Part shown: one piece after another, positions 1-9,207 of the stretch
How positions within the stretch are numbered: position 1 is the stretch's first letter
How the letters are laid out: each line of letters opens with the position of its first letter
The notes under the pieces: generated by a model
Told to the model about the DNA's origin: nothing
Database searches by the model: none
What the model saw: only the letters and a program-made list of their open reading frames with translations
Assembly (NCBI GenBank): GCA_039588495.1
Contig: JBDGZR010000005.1
Span: 1-54,791, forward strand
Direction of reading: 5' to 3'
From: Gemmatimonadota bacterium
Lineage (GTDB): Bacteria > Gemmatimonadota > Gemmatimonadetes > Palauibacterales > Palauibacteraceae
Length of the DNA: 54,791 bases
Made by a program: the position numbers and the translations under genes

Positions 1-238
1 GACCGGGTACCTGTCCGCGCCGGAGCGAGAGGAGCTGGTCGGGATGATCGGCGTCGCGGCCACGGATCTCAGGCCCTCGGGAACCGCGATCATCGATGAC
101 GAGAGGGTGGACGTAGTCACCGAGGGTCCCTGGATCGAGGAGGGAAGCAGGGTCGTCGTGCTGCATGCCGAGAGCTACCGCCACGTCGTGAGGGAGGCAC
201 CGGCCGAGGAGAAAGCCGAGCCGGACGTCGAAGGCTGA
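1..238 (+). CDS. nfeD: NfeD family protein, C-terminal OB-fold part (5' end outside window)
   Basis: GVAATDLRPSGTAIIDDERVDVVTEG..IEEGSRVVV is the NfeD C-terminal motif; lies directly upstream of floA. Confidence 0.9.
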   Translation, partial: TGYLSAPEREELVGMIGVAATDLRPSGTAIIDDERVDVVTEGPWIEEGSRVVVLHAESYRHVVREAPAEEKAEPDVEG

Positions 239-311
239 CTTCCGGCAGAACCGGAACCGAGCCGGGCAGTCCAGGAGACCCACGTAGAACCGATACCGAA
301 ACGAGGCAGAC

Positions 312-1298
312 ATGGAAGGCATAGCAGTCGGCACCGCGCTACTCATCGCGCTCGGAGCGTTTCTAGTCCTCTTCCTCTTCTGGGCCGTCCCGGTCGGTCT
401 GTGGATCACCGCCTTCGCGTCCGGGGTCTACGTCAAGCTCTCCAACCTGGTAGGCATGCGCTTCCGCAAGGTGGCTCCGCGGGACATCATCCTCCCGATG
501 ATCAGCGCCACCAAGGCCGGCTTGAAGCTCAACATCGACGAGCTCGAAGCGCACTACCTGGCCGGCGGGGATGTGCACAGGGTGGTGCTGTCGTTGATCT
601 CGGCCGACAAGGCCAACATCGAGCTCCCCTTCCAGCAGGCGGCCGCGATCGATCTCGCAGGACGCGATGTCCTCGACGCCGTCCAGGTCTCGGTGAACCC
701 GAAGGTCATCCAGACGCCGAAGGTGGCAGCGATGGCCAAGGACGGCATCCAGCTCATCGCCCTCGCGCGCGTCACGGTCCGGGCGAACATCAACCGCCTG
801 GTGGGAGGTGCGGGCGAGGAGACCATCCTGGCGCGCGTCGGAGAAGGGATCGTCAGCACGATTGGGTCTGCCACCACGCACAAGGCGGTGCTCGAGAACC
901 CCGACAACATTTCGAAGACGGTGCTGGCCAAGGGCCTGGACAGCGGGACGGCGTTCGAGATCCTCTCGATCGACATCGCCGATGTGGACGTGGGCAAGAA
1001 CATCGGGGCCGAGCTCCAGACCGACCAGGCCGAGGCAGACAAGCGCATCGCGCAGGCGAAGGCAGAGGAGCGGCGCGCCATGGCCGTCGCCTCGGAGCAG
1101 GAGAACAAGGCGCGCGTCGAGGAGATGCGGGCCGAGGTCGTCCGGGCGCAGGCCGAGGTGCCCCGGGCGATCGCCGGGGCCTTCCAGTCCGGCAACCTTG
1201 GTATCATGGATTATATGAAGTACCGTAACATTGCCAGTGACACGCAGATGCGGAAGTCCATAGCGGGCGCTGACGAGACGTCGGAGACGGAGACATAG
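312..1298 (+). CDS. floA: Flotillin-like protein FloA (YqfA/UPF0365)
   Basis: [53 protein letters not shown] and GNLGIMDY motifs; N-terminal TM. Confidence 0.95.
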   Translation: MEGIAVGTALLIALGAFLVLFLFWAVPVGLWITAFASGVYVKLSNLVGMRFRKVAPRDIILPMISATKAGLKLNIDELEAHYLAGGDVHRVVLSLISADKANIELPFQQAAAIDLAGRDVLDAVQVSVNPKVIQTPKVAAMAKDGIQLIALARVTVRANINRLVGGAGEETILARVGEGIVSTIGSATTHKAVLENPDNISKTVLAKGLDSGTAFEILSIDIADVDVGKNIGAELQTDQAEADKRIAQAKAEERRAMAVASEQENKARVEEMRAEVVRAQAEVPRAIAGAFQSGNLGIMDYMKYRNIASDTQMRKSIAGADETSETET

Positions 1299-1343
1299 GC
1301 GCGCGAGCAAGCCTAGCAACGTGCGACCCGTGACGAGCGGCAC

Positions 1344-2663
1344 ATGAGCCACCGGAGGGCGTTCCTGAGCCAGCTCGCAGCCGTCGCGGGCGCCGCCAGC
1401 GTCGGCCGGCTGGTCGACGCCAACTTGCTTCTTGGCGCCAGCATGGAGCGGGTCTCGACGACGGCCGCAGGGGATCGCTCTGGGGCCCGGATTGGTGGCA
1501 GCCGCGACTTTCGCGACTTCCGCGACGAGTATCTGCTCGGCCCCGGCGTCGTCTACCTGAACCACGCCTCCATCGGGACCGTCCCCAAGGCGGTGCAGAA
1601 GGCCCACAAGACCTACCTGGACATCTGCGAGGAGAATCCGTGGCTCTACATGTGGGGAGGCGCCTGGGAGGAGCCGCGTGAGGCGGTTCGCGAAAAGGCG
1701 GCGGCGTTCGTGGGCTGCGAGCCCGAGGATATCGCGCTCATCCACAATACGACCGAGGGGTTCAACGCCCTGGCGGCCGGCCTCCCCCTGGGCCCCGGCG
1801 ACGAGGTGCTGTTCAGCACGCTGAACCACCCCGGAGCCAGCATCTGCTGGGACCACCATGCGGAGTCGCGCGGGTTCTCGGTCCGCCGATTCGAGTTCCC
1901 GGTTCTGGATGTGCCCTCGCTGAGCGCGGCCGATGTCGTCGAGCTCCACATGCGCGAGGTCGGTCCGCGGACGCGGGTGCTGGTATTCCCGCACGTCGAC
2001 AACGTCGTGGGCCTGCGGCATCCGTTGCCCGAGCTGGCCTCGGCGGCCCACGACCGTGGCGTGGAGTTCGTGGCGGTGGATGGCGCCCAGACCGTGGGCA
2101 TGCTGCCGGTCGCTCTGGCGAGCTCGAAGGTCGATTTCTACGCGGCCAGCCCGCACAAATGGGTTCAGGCGCCCAAGGGGTCCGGGCTCCTCTACGTGAG
2201 GCGCGCGGTGCGCGACGAGCTGCGTCCGCTGTCGGTGACCTGGGGGCAGGAGCGCTGGGCCGGAACGGCGCGGATCTTCGAGGACTACGGCACCCGCGAC
2301 CTTCCCGGGCTGCTGGCCCTCGGAGACGCGATCGACTTCCAGAATGCGATCGGTGACAGGACGAAGCGCGAGAGTCTCTCCGCGATGCGGCAAGCGCTGC
2401 AGGCCGGCGTGGAGGTCACGCCAGGTCTCGTCTGGCGCTCACCCGAATCCTGGGAGATGGGCGCCTCGCTGGCGGCGGTCGAGGTCGGCGGGATCGAGAG
2501 CGCGGCGTTCTTCGAGCGGGCCCGCCAGGAGCGCGGCCTCGTCTTCCGGCCCTTCAGCACCCTCGGTTTGAACACGGTCCGCATCTCGCCCAACCTGGTC
2601 ACGACGCGTGAGGAGGTCGGCGTGTTCCTGGAGGCGGCGGGCGCCGCGGCGAGCGAGGGTTAG
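1344..2663 (+). CDS. PLP-dependent class V aminotransferase (isopenicillin-N-epimerase/cysteine lyase-like) with Tat-like signal
   Basis: YLNHASIG, NTTEG, VDGAQTVG, SPHKW (PLP Lys); N-terminal SHRRAFLSQLAAVAGAA. Confidence 0.85.
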   Translation: MSHRRAFLSQLAAVAGAASVGRLVDANLLLGASMERVSTTAAGDRSGARIGGSRDFRDFRDEYLLGPGVVYLNHASIGTVPKAVQKAHKTYLDICEENPWLYMWGGAWEEPREAVREKAAAFVGCEPEDIALIHNTTEGFNALAAGLPLGPGDEVLFSTLNHPGASICWDHHAESRGFSVRRFEFPVLDVPSLSAADVVELHMREVGPRTRVLVFPHVDNVVGLRHPLPELASAAHDRGVEFVAVDGAQTVGMLPVALASSKVDFYAASPHKWVQAPKGSGLLYVRRAVRDELRPLSVTWGQERWAGTARIFEDYGTRDLPGLLALGDAIDFQNAIGDRTKRESLSAMRQALQAGVEVTPGLVWRSPESWEMGASLAAVEVGGIESAAFFERARQERGLVFRPFSTLGLNTVRISPNLVTTREEVGVFLEAAGAAASEG

Positions 2664-2666
2664 GCG

Positions 2667-3371
2667 ATGGACGGCTTCTTCGAGATCCTCATTATGGTCC
2701 TCATGGTCTGGCTGTTCTCGCGAGGCGCCAAGAAGAAGAAGCGGCCGCCCCGCCCGCCTGAAGCCGGCACAGAGGAGCGCGGCGAGCAGCAGCCGCTCGA
2801 TTGGGACAAGGCGATAGGCGACGTGCTCGAGGGCTTCGGGCTGCAGCGGCCGGAGCAGCAGAAGCCGCGGCCAGAGCAGGGAGCCGAGAGCCGAGCGCGG
2901 CCCGAACATGCCACGGTGCGGTCCGATGCGGAAGCCCGGCGTCGGGCCGAGCTGGCGCGGCAGCTGGAAGTCCAACGGGCCGAGGCGCAGCGAGGCACGA
3001 CGCGGACGGCGGAGCAGCGCGGCTGGGAGGTGCGGGATGTCACCCGCGGGCCAGCCGCCGAAGCGGGCCGCGGCAGGCAGCGCGCGCGCAGCTCCGATCT
3101 GGCCGAGATCGCCGGACTCGCCGAGGCGGCGGCGCGCCGCAGGGCGGGTACTTCTGCGCCTCCCGCTTCCATGCGTGCAACGCACCGGGCTGAAGCTGCA
3201 ACGCCGGGCGCCGCGGCTGCTGGGGCGACGCCTCCGGCGGAGGTTCAACGCTCGACTGCCCGTGGTCTCAAGAAGCTGGAAGGGCTGTCGGAGCTGGAGC
3301 GAGCGATCATCTACGCCGAGATCCTCGGTCCGCCGAAGGCACTCCGATCCGATGAGGGAGCTGACTGGTAG
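2667..3371 (+). CDS. YqfB-like membrane-anchored protein of nfeD-floA loci
   Basis: N-terminal TM, low-complexity middle, C-terminal LERAIIYAEILGPPKALR as in genes that follow floA. Confidence 0.65.
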   Translation: MDGFFEILIMVLMVWLFSRGAKKKKRPPRPPEAGTEERGEQQPLDWDKAIGDVLEGFGLQRPEQQKPRPEQGAESRARPEHATVRSDAEARRRAELARQLEVQRAEAQRGTTRTAEQRGWEVRDVTRGPAAEAGRGRQRARSSDLAEIAGLAEAAARRRAGTSAPPASMRATHRAEAATPGAAAAGATPPAEVQRSTARGLKKLEGLSELERAIIYAEILGPPKALRSDEGADW

Positions 3372-3735
3372 GCCTTCCGGGCTGAGCACGGAAGGGGAGC
3401 AAGTGTCCTTCCTACTTGATGCGAATTCGGAAAATTTTGCACGCACCCGTTTCAGATCGCCATAACTGGCGGGTTACACAATGGTGCGTGGTCGACTGGA
3501 CGGCTCCTCACTCTGTTAGAATGTCGCTAAACCTTTATTGTACAACGCGTTACATTTAACGATTACGTACATCTCTACCCTCCCGCCAAAGGCACAGCCC
3601 CTGCTGATACTTCCTCTCGAAGATTCGGGAGCCGACGTACATGCAGTTTCCGATAAGGGCTGACAACAGCCCGTAGGCCCCCGGCAAATCGAGATGGCCT
3701 GCAGCGCCGACGGCGCACTAGGCCGGGAGTCACGC

Positions 3736-4353
3736 ATGAGGACCATATGGATTCGCGGAGTCTGCGCTCTGGCGATCCTCTCGCCGGCTCAGCAGCTGGT
3801 GGCCCAACAGGTCGTGGATCAGGAGGCACCGGAGCCGCAGGCCCTGGTGATCGCGGCCGAGAACCTCATGGCCGGGGATGAGCGTCATCGCGCCCTCCAG
3901 CGGCGCGGGCTGAGCGCCCAGGTCCTTCTGAACGGCGACGTGGTTCGCTACCGGCTCACTTTCACGAACGTGACGGACGTGGACGTAAGCAACGTGGCGT
4001 TCGTGGATCCGATCCCCGATGGGCTCCTCTATGTGGGCGAGTCGGCGACTGCCGACCGCGAGGATGCTCGGATCGACTTCTCCATCGATGGGGGCAGCAA
4101 CTACGCCGAACGACCCCTCATCGTCGAGATCGTCGATGGGGAGCGGGTCGAGCGGCCAGCGCCCCCCGAATCCTTCACGCACATCCGCTGGACGGTGGCG
4201 GGCCCCGTGGCACCTGGGGCGCAGGTGACCGCCCAGTTCGACGCCAGGTTCCACACCCTCTCGACCGAATCGATCTCAGAAGAGACGAGCCTTGAAGCTC
4301 CAGAATCGGCGCAGCAAGACGCGAGACCGGCCGGAACTGACCTGAGCGGCTGA
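3736..4353 (+). CDS. Secreted DUF11-type (Ig-like repeat) protein
   Basis: GGGAG RBS then ATG 3736; signal peptide; GDVVRYRLTFTN, VDPIPDGLLYV, FSIDGG, THIRW, VAPGAQVTAQF. Confidence 0.8.
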   Translation: MRTIWIRGVCALAILSPAQQLVAQQVVDQEAPEPQALVIAAENLMAGDERHRALQRRGLSAQVLLNGDVVRYRLTFTNVTDVDVSNVAFVDPIPDGLLYVGESATADREDARIDFSIDGGSNYAERPLIVEIVDGERVERPAPPESFTHIRWTVAGPVAPGAQVTAQFDARFHTLSTESISEETSLEAPESAQQDARPAGTDLSG

Positions 4354-4380
4354 GAAAAGGGAGAACGATGACGAGCACCG

Positions 4381-4536
4381 CTTCGGCTGCAGATCGAGGC
4401 CGGCTACCGCTATGGCGATCTGACTGATCCCGATTCCTCCGCGCACGGCGGGCACGGGTTCTATGTGACCATCGGCGCATGCGTGACCCGAAGCACGGTC
4501 GAGAACGTGGCGGAGTTCTGGCGGGACGGTTCTTAG
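4381..4536 (+). pseudogene. Start-less C-terminal remnant of a probable outer-membrane beta-barrel protein
   Basis: Open frame LRLQIEAGYRYGDLTDPD..GGHGFYVTIGACVTRSTVENVAEFWRDGS* with in-frame TGA at 4369 just upstream and no N-terminal start. Confidence 0.55.
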
Positions 4537-4587
4537 CCGCGGCCAGGCGGAGGATCCCGCCGACGACGCGGTTCGAACGGAGTCGGC

Positions 4588-4842
4588 CTAGGGTCCCGAC
4601 GGAGGATCGTCCTTGAACGGCCACGCGATCTTACCCGTTCCGCCGGAGGGGCTCGCCTTTTCCAACAACCGCTGCAGCTCCCCCTCGCTCATCTCGAACG
4701 GATCGTCCGTGTAGGTGGGCGGCGTCACGTTCCGTGGGTCGGACGGGTTGCCGGGCACCGGATCGAATACCCAGCGGTTCAGCGTCTCGTCCTTCACCTT
4801 CCAGACCGCACCGCTTCGGTCGGTGAACTTGCGATAGCTCAT
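4588..4842 (-). CDS. Small hypothetical protein (84 aa, MSYRKFTDRSGAVWKV...)
   Basis: ATGA overlap with the M1 peptidase stop; the longer ORF-track version overlaps the peptidase. Confidence 0.75.
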   Translation of the reverse strand: MSYRKFTDRSGAVWKVKDETLNRWVFDPVPGNPSDPRNVTPPTYTDDPFEMSEGELQRLLEKASPSGGTGKIAWPFKDDPPSGP

Positions 4843-6989
4843 CTCTCGCTCCTGGCTCGACCTTCGCCTCCGGCCTCGCTTTCGCCCTCGCCCCCGGCGC
4901 TCTCGGCCGCGTCCCATACGTTGTTGTCCCGGTCGACGTCGGGAAAGAGCGCCTCCGGGTCTATCTCCACCCGGACGACGGGGGAACCGTCGGGCACCGT
5001 CAGCACGGCCTCCGTCTCGCCGGCGAGCCAGGTATCGACCGAGACCTCGAGATCCAGCACCTCTCCGTTCTCCCGGGTGACCTGCACGCGCGCGGGCATG
5101 GGTACCAAGCCCAGGTCGCGGATGACGATATCCGTAACGTCGCCTGCGCCCCCGCCTTCGTGCCGGACGTCCGTCACCGCCTGGTCCAGCGTCCACGTCT
5201 CGTAGTACCAGGCGCGCCAGAACCACTCGAGGTCACGGCCGGTCACATCCTCGATCGTGTGGAAGAAGTCCCAGGGGGTGGGATGTCTGTAGGCCCACCG
5301 CCGGATGTACTCGCGGTAGGCGGGGAGGAAAGCCTCCTCTCCCAGCAGGCCCTGAAGGGCCGCGTGCACGGTGGAGGGCTTGCTGTAGGAGGCGGTCCCG
5401 GCGCGGCCCGGATAGTGGTGATCCGTCCACCGCATCATCTCACCCTCTTCGCCGCCGCGGGCGACGGCCAGGTAGCCCTCCCGGTCCGAGTCCTCTGAGT
5501 CCTCGCCGGGGAAGAACTCCTTGCGCGACTGGTTCTCGTTGAAGCTGGTCATGCCCTCGTCCATCCAGGCGTGCCGGCGCTCGTCCGTGCCGACGATCAT
5601 CGGCAGCCACATGTGACCGAGCTCGTGGGCCGTCACGTAGTAGAGCGAGCTGTCGCTCCGCGCGTTGTAGTCGCCCATCAGCGTCATCATCGGGAACTCC
5701 ATCCCCCCGCCGATAATGCCGCCTCCCTCGATCAGGCTCATGTGAGTCCAGGGGTAGGGGAGGGCGAGGTAGCGGGAGAAGAAGTCGATGGCATGCTGCC
5801 CGTAGCGGGCCGCGTTCGTCCAGCGGGGCGCGCTCGGACGGTAGAGGGCGTCTACCCGGGCGAAGTCGGCCTGCCCATCCACGTCCCGGTCTCCCACCGG
5901 TGTGCGCACGGCGTCCCAGAGGGAGGCGCGCGAGGCGCTGAACGAGACGTCGCGCGCCGTGTCGGCCCGGAAGTGCCAAGCGAGCGTCCCACCGCCGGAG
6001 CGCGTCGTGCGGCCGGCCGCGAGGTCGCCCTGACGCACGACGTGCACGACCGAGTCCGAGCTCTCCGCCTGCTGAAGCCGCGCCAGGACGGAGGGGTCAA
6101 GGACCTCCTCGGGATTCTGAAGCGCTCCGCTCGCCAGCACGAGCCAACCCGCCGGCACCTCGACGGTGAGGTCGTAGCTCCCGAAACCGGTGTAGAGCTC
6201 GGCCGCGCCTCGGAATTGATCGATTTGCCAGCCGACCACGTCGTCGTAGACGGCCATCTGCGGATACCAGTAGGCGATGAAAAAGAAGTCGTCGCCGTTC
6301 CATCCCATCCGGTTGCCGCCTCCCTGGCTCGGGACCTGGAAGGTCCAGTCGAGCTCCAACACCACGGAGTCACTTGCGGGCAGAGCCGTCGGAAGGATGA
6401 CCTGCAGGATCGTGCCGCGTACCACGTATCCGGGCGGCCGCTCCTCCTCTTCGTTGGGGGGCCTCCGGCTGGACTGCAGGGTCAGCTCCGCGCCGGACGC
6501 GGCGACGCGGGAGAGCACGACTCCTCCCGTCACCTGTTGGGGCCGGTTACGCATGGCGCCGACGGCGTGGACGTTCTGCATCAGGTGCAGGTAAACGGTC
6601 GAGAGCGAATCCGGCGAGCGGTTGTGGTAGGTGATGCGTCCCGTGCCGTAGAGCCGGCGTTCCGCGGGCCGGATCGTGGCCGTCAGCTCGTAATCCGCCC
6701 ACTGCTGCCAGTAGGCCGGGCCGGGTCGGCCCGAGGTCGTCCGAGTCCCGTTCGCGACCGCGTCCAGGAAGCCCCGCGACGGCACGACCGGGTAGGGGAT
6801 GGGACGCCGGACGGTGTCTGCCGGCATCTCGATGGCCGATTCGATCCCCGCCGCCGGGATCCCTGGCGAAGATGTAGAGGTGGATACGAGGCCGGCCGAA
6901 GCGGACCCGTTTGCTGCGGCGGCCGCGAGCACTGCTCCCAGCACAGGCGCGATGGACAGCGATCGAATCATCATGCGCATCACCGACAT
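4839..6989 (-). CDS. M1 family Zn-metallopeptidase (aminopeptidase N-like), exported
   Basis: GGMEFP, HELGH..WMDEG (HEXXH-18-E), YSKP; RBS AAGGGGAG before ATG 6989; signal peptide. Confidence 0.9.
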   Translation of the reverse strand: MSVMRMMIRSLSIAPVLGAVLAAAAANGSASAGLVSTSTSSPGIPAAGIESAIEMPADTVRRPIPYPVVPSRGFLDAVANGTRTTSGRPGPAYWQQWADYELTATIRPAERRLYGTGRITYHNRSPDSLSTVYLHLMQNVHAVGAMRNRPQQVTGGVVLSRVAASGAELTLQSSRRPPNEEEERPPGYVVRGTILQVILPTALPASDSVVLELDWTFQVPSQGGGNRMGWNGDDFFFIAYWYPQMAVYDDVVGWQIDQFRGAAELYTGFGSYDLTVEVPAGWLVLASGALQNPEEVLDPSVLARLQQAESSDSVVHVVRQGDLAAGRTTRSGGGTLAWHFRADTARDVSFSASRASLWDAVRTPVGDRDVDGQADFARVDALYRPSAPRWTNAARYGQHAIDFFSRYLALPYPWTHMSLIEGGGIIGGGMEFPMMTLMGDYNARSDSSLYYVTAHELGHMWLPMIVGTDERRHAWMDEGMTSFNENQSRKEFFPGEDSEDSDREGYLAVARGGEEGEMMRWTDHHYPGRAGTASYSKPSTVHAALQGLLGEEAFLPAYREYIRRWAYRHPTPWDFFHTIEDVTGRDLEWFWRAWYYETWTLDQAVTDVRHEGGGAGDVTDIVIRDLGLVPMPARVQVTRENGEVLDLEVSVDTWLAGETEAVLTVPDGSPVVRVEIDPEALFPDVDRDNNVWDAAESAGGEGESEAGGEGRARSER

Positions 6990-7055
6990 TCCACTCCCCT
7001 TGCACCCGTCTCCACGCGGGATAGCCTCAAGCATGCTGGTGAACCGGAGACCTCA

Positions 7056-7556
7056 GTGCTAGACATCGGAAGAATACTCGTTCACGGCGCCCTCCTTTCC
7101 GTGCTCGCCTCGCTGGTCCTGATGAGCGCCGTCATCTTCAACCCGCGCTTCGCCCTCAAGGACCTGCCGCGTGACATCCGTGAGAGCGTGCCTCCGTTGA
7201 CGAAGCGGGAGACGCTGCAGGCGCTGATCTTCTTCCTCCCCTTCATGGCCCTGGTCGTCGGGATCCCGTTCCTGTCGGCGCTCGGTCTCGAAGCCGAGGG
7301 TGCCGCCGACGTCTCGTTCGGGGCGCTCTTCGTTCACATTCTCGGGGTGCTGTTCGTGTTCTTCGTCGTCGATCTGGTCGTGCTGGACTGGCTGATATAC
7401 TGCACCATCACCCCGAAGCGTCTGGTGATTCCGGGCACGGAGGGCATGGGCGGCTACAAGGACTACCTACACCATCTGCGGGCACACGCGCGCGGGGCTG
7501 TCTGGCTGGCGATCGCGGCCCTGGTCCTCGCGGCGATCGTCCGAATGATTCGCTGA
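7056..7556 (+). CDS. Uncharacterised 4-TM membrane protein
   Basis: GGAGA RBS plus GTG 7056; hydrophobic segments; DLVVLDWLI, VIPGTEG..GYKDYLHH; the rest of the 5571 ORF is antisense to the peptidase. Confidence 0.75.
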   Translation: MLDIGRILVHGALLSVLASLVLMSAVIFNPRFALKDLPRDIRESVPPLTKRETLQALIFFLPFMALVVGIPFLSALGLEAEGAADVSFGALFVHILGVLFVFFVVDLVVLDWLIYCTITPKRLVIPGTEGMGGYKDYLHHLRAHARGAVWLAIAALVLAAIVRMIR

Positions 7557-7590
7557 CGGCGCGGAGCTCTATTCCCGGCAGTGTCCCGGA

Positions 7591-9207
7591 TCAGGCCGAC
7601 TCGGCGACCTGATAGACGGTGTCGATCACCGTCCCGTCGACCCACTTGATCACCGCCACCGGCACGTCGGTCACGCGAGCCTTCTGGGGCTTGCCTCCGC
7701 ACAGGCTCTCCACCTCTCGCTGGATGTCCTCGATCGGCCGGATCGGAAGATCGGATCCGCGCAGTGCGTCCAACAAATCCTGGCGCCGGGGGTTGATGGC
7801 GATGCCCCGCTCGGTGGCCACGACGTCGATCAGCTCCCCGGGTCCCGTGACCGTCGTGACCTCGTCCTTGATCACCGGGATCCGGTCCCGGAAGGAGGGA
7901 ACGGCCAGGATCGAGCAGCCCGAGGCCAGGCAGTTCTGCCAGCCGCCGATCCCGTGCAGCAGGCGGCCGTCGGAGTGGGTGTTCACGTTGGCGTTGAAGT
8001 GCACGTCGACCTCCGTGGCGCCGAGCACCACGGCGTCGACCATGGAGGCGAAGTTGCCCTTCCCGTGGAAGTTGTACGAGGTGAACGGCGAGGTGGCGAC
8101 GTGCCGCGGATCCGAGCCGATGGAGCGCACGCCGTCCAGGTCGAAGGTCTGGCCGTCCAGGATGTAGTCGGTGAGCCCCTCCTCCAGTAGCTCGACCAGG
8201 TACCGGGTGGAGCCGCCGCGAACGAAACGGGCCTTGACGCCGGCCTCGCGCATGAGCTCGGCCAGGTACTCGACGAAGGCGAGCGCGATCCCCCCGGCGC
8301 CGGCCTGGAAGGAAAAGCCTTCGCGCATGATGCCGGTTTCCTTCAGCAGGCGCGCCACGTTGCGGGCGATCATCAGCCGCTCCGGGCTCCGGGTGATCCG
8401 CGTGGTGCCCGAGACGATCTTCTCCGGGTCGCCGATGCTCTCCACCTCGACGACGCAGTCGACGTTGTTCCCCTGGATCTGCCAGGGGATGCAGGGGAAG
8501 GGCACCAGGTTGTCGGTGACCACGATCACGTGCTCGGCGTAGATCGAGTCAGCCAGGGCGAAGCCCAGCGATCCGCAGGCCGACGGCCCGTGGGATCCGT
8601 CGCAGTTGCCGAACGGATCCGCGCTCGGCGCCGCGATGACGGCCACGTCGATCTTCACCTCCCCATCCTGGATGGCCTGCCACCGCCCCCCGTGCGACCG
8701 GAGCACGCCCAGGCCACGCATCTTCCCGCGGGAGCAGTAGTCGCCGAGGGGACCGTTCAGGCTGCCCTCGATGTGGTGGACGACTCCCGCCTCCATCAGA
8801 TCGATGACCGGCGCCTGACAGGGGAAGGAGGCGCTGGGAAACCACATCACGTCCTTCACGCCGAGGCGGGCCGCCGCCTCGAGGGCCATCATGCCCACCC
8901 GGTCTCCGTCGCGGAGATGGTGGTGCGAGGAGATGACCATCCCGTCCGAGAGCCCGCAGCGCCGAAAGGCCTCCTCCAGGCTATCGACGCGCTTGTCGCC
9001 GTCGGCCGGATAGTCCTGGCAGCTCCGGATCGGGGGCGCCTGTTTCCTGCCGTCGGGCTCGTGCTTGCCGACGCCGTTGAAGGGCACCGCCTCGCGGCCG
9101 TTCACCTCGCTCGGGATCAGACGGCCCAGCGCGTTGGGGACCATGCCTCCGGCGCTCCGCGAAGAGCCGCGCGGCCGTTTGTCGGTCGGCTTAATCGCTG
9201 TGGTCAT
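7591..9207 (-). CDS. citF: Citrate lyase alpha subunit / citrate CoA-transferase-like
   Basis: SSHHHLRDGD, RSHGGR, GSLGFA..D, VVTDNLVPFP, FSFQAGAGG, LGATEVDVHFNANV, GGWQ, TGPGELIDVVATERGIAINPRR. Confidence 0.9.
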   Translation of the reverse strand: MTTAIKPTDKRPRGSSRSAGGMVPNALGRLIPSEVNGREAVPFNGVGKHEPDGRKQAPPIRSCQDYPADGDKRVDSLEEAFRRCGLSDGMVISSHHHLRDGDRVGMMALEAAARLGVKDVMWFPSASFPCQAPVIDLMEAGVVHHIEGSLNGPLGDYCSRGKMRGLGVLRSHGGRWQAIQDGEVKIDVAVIAAPSADPFGNCDGSHGPSACGSLGFALADSIYAEHVIVVTDNLVPFPCIPWQIQGNNVDCVVEVESIGDPEKIVSGTTRITRSPERLMIARNVARLLKETGIMREGFSFQAGAGGIALAFVEYLAELMREAGVKARFVRGGSTRYLVELLEEGLTDYILDGQTFDLDGVRSIGSDPRHVATSPFTSYNFHGKGNFASMVDAVVLGATEVDVHFNANVNTHSDGRLLHGIGGWQNCLASGCSILAVPSFRDRIPVIKDEVTTVTGPGELIDVVATERGIAINPRRQDLLDALRGSDLPIRPIEDIQREVESLCGGKPQKARVTDVPVAVIKWVDGTVIDTVYQVAESA

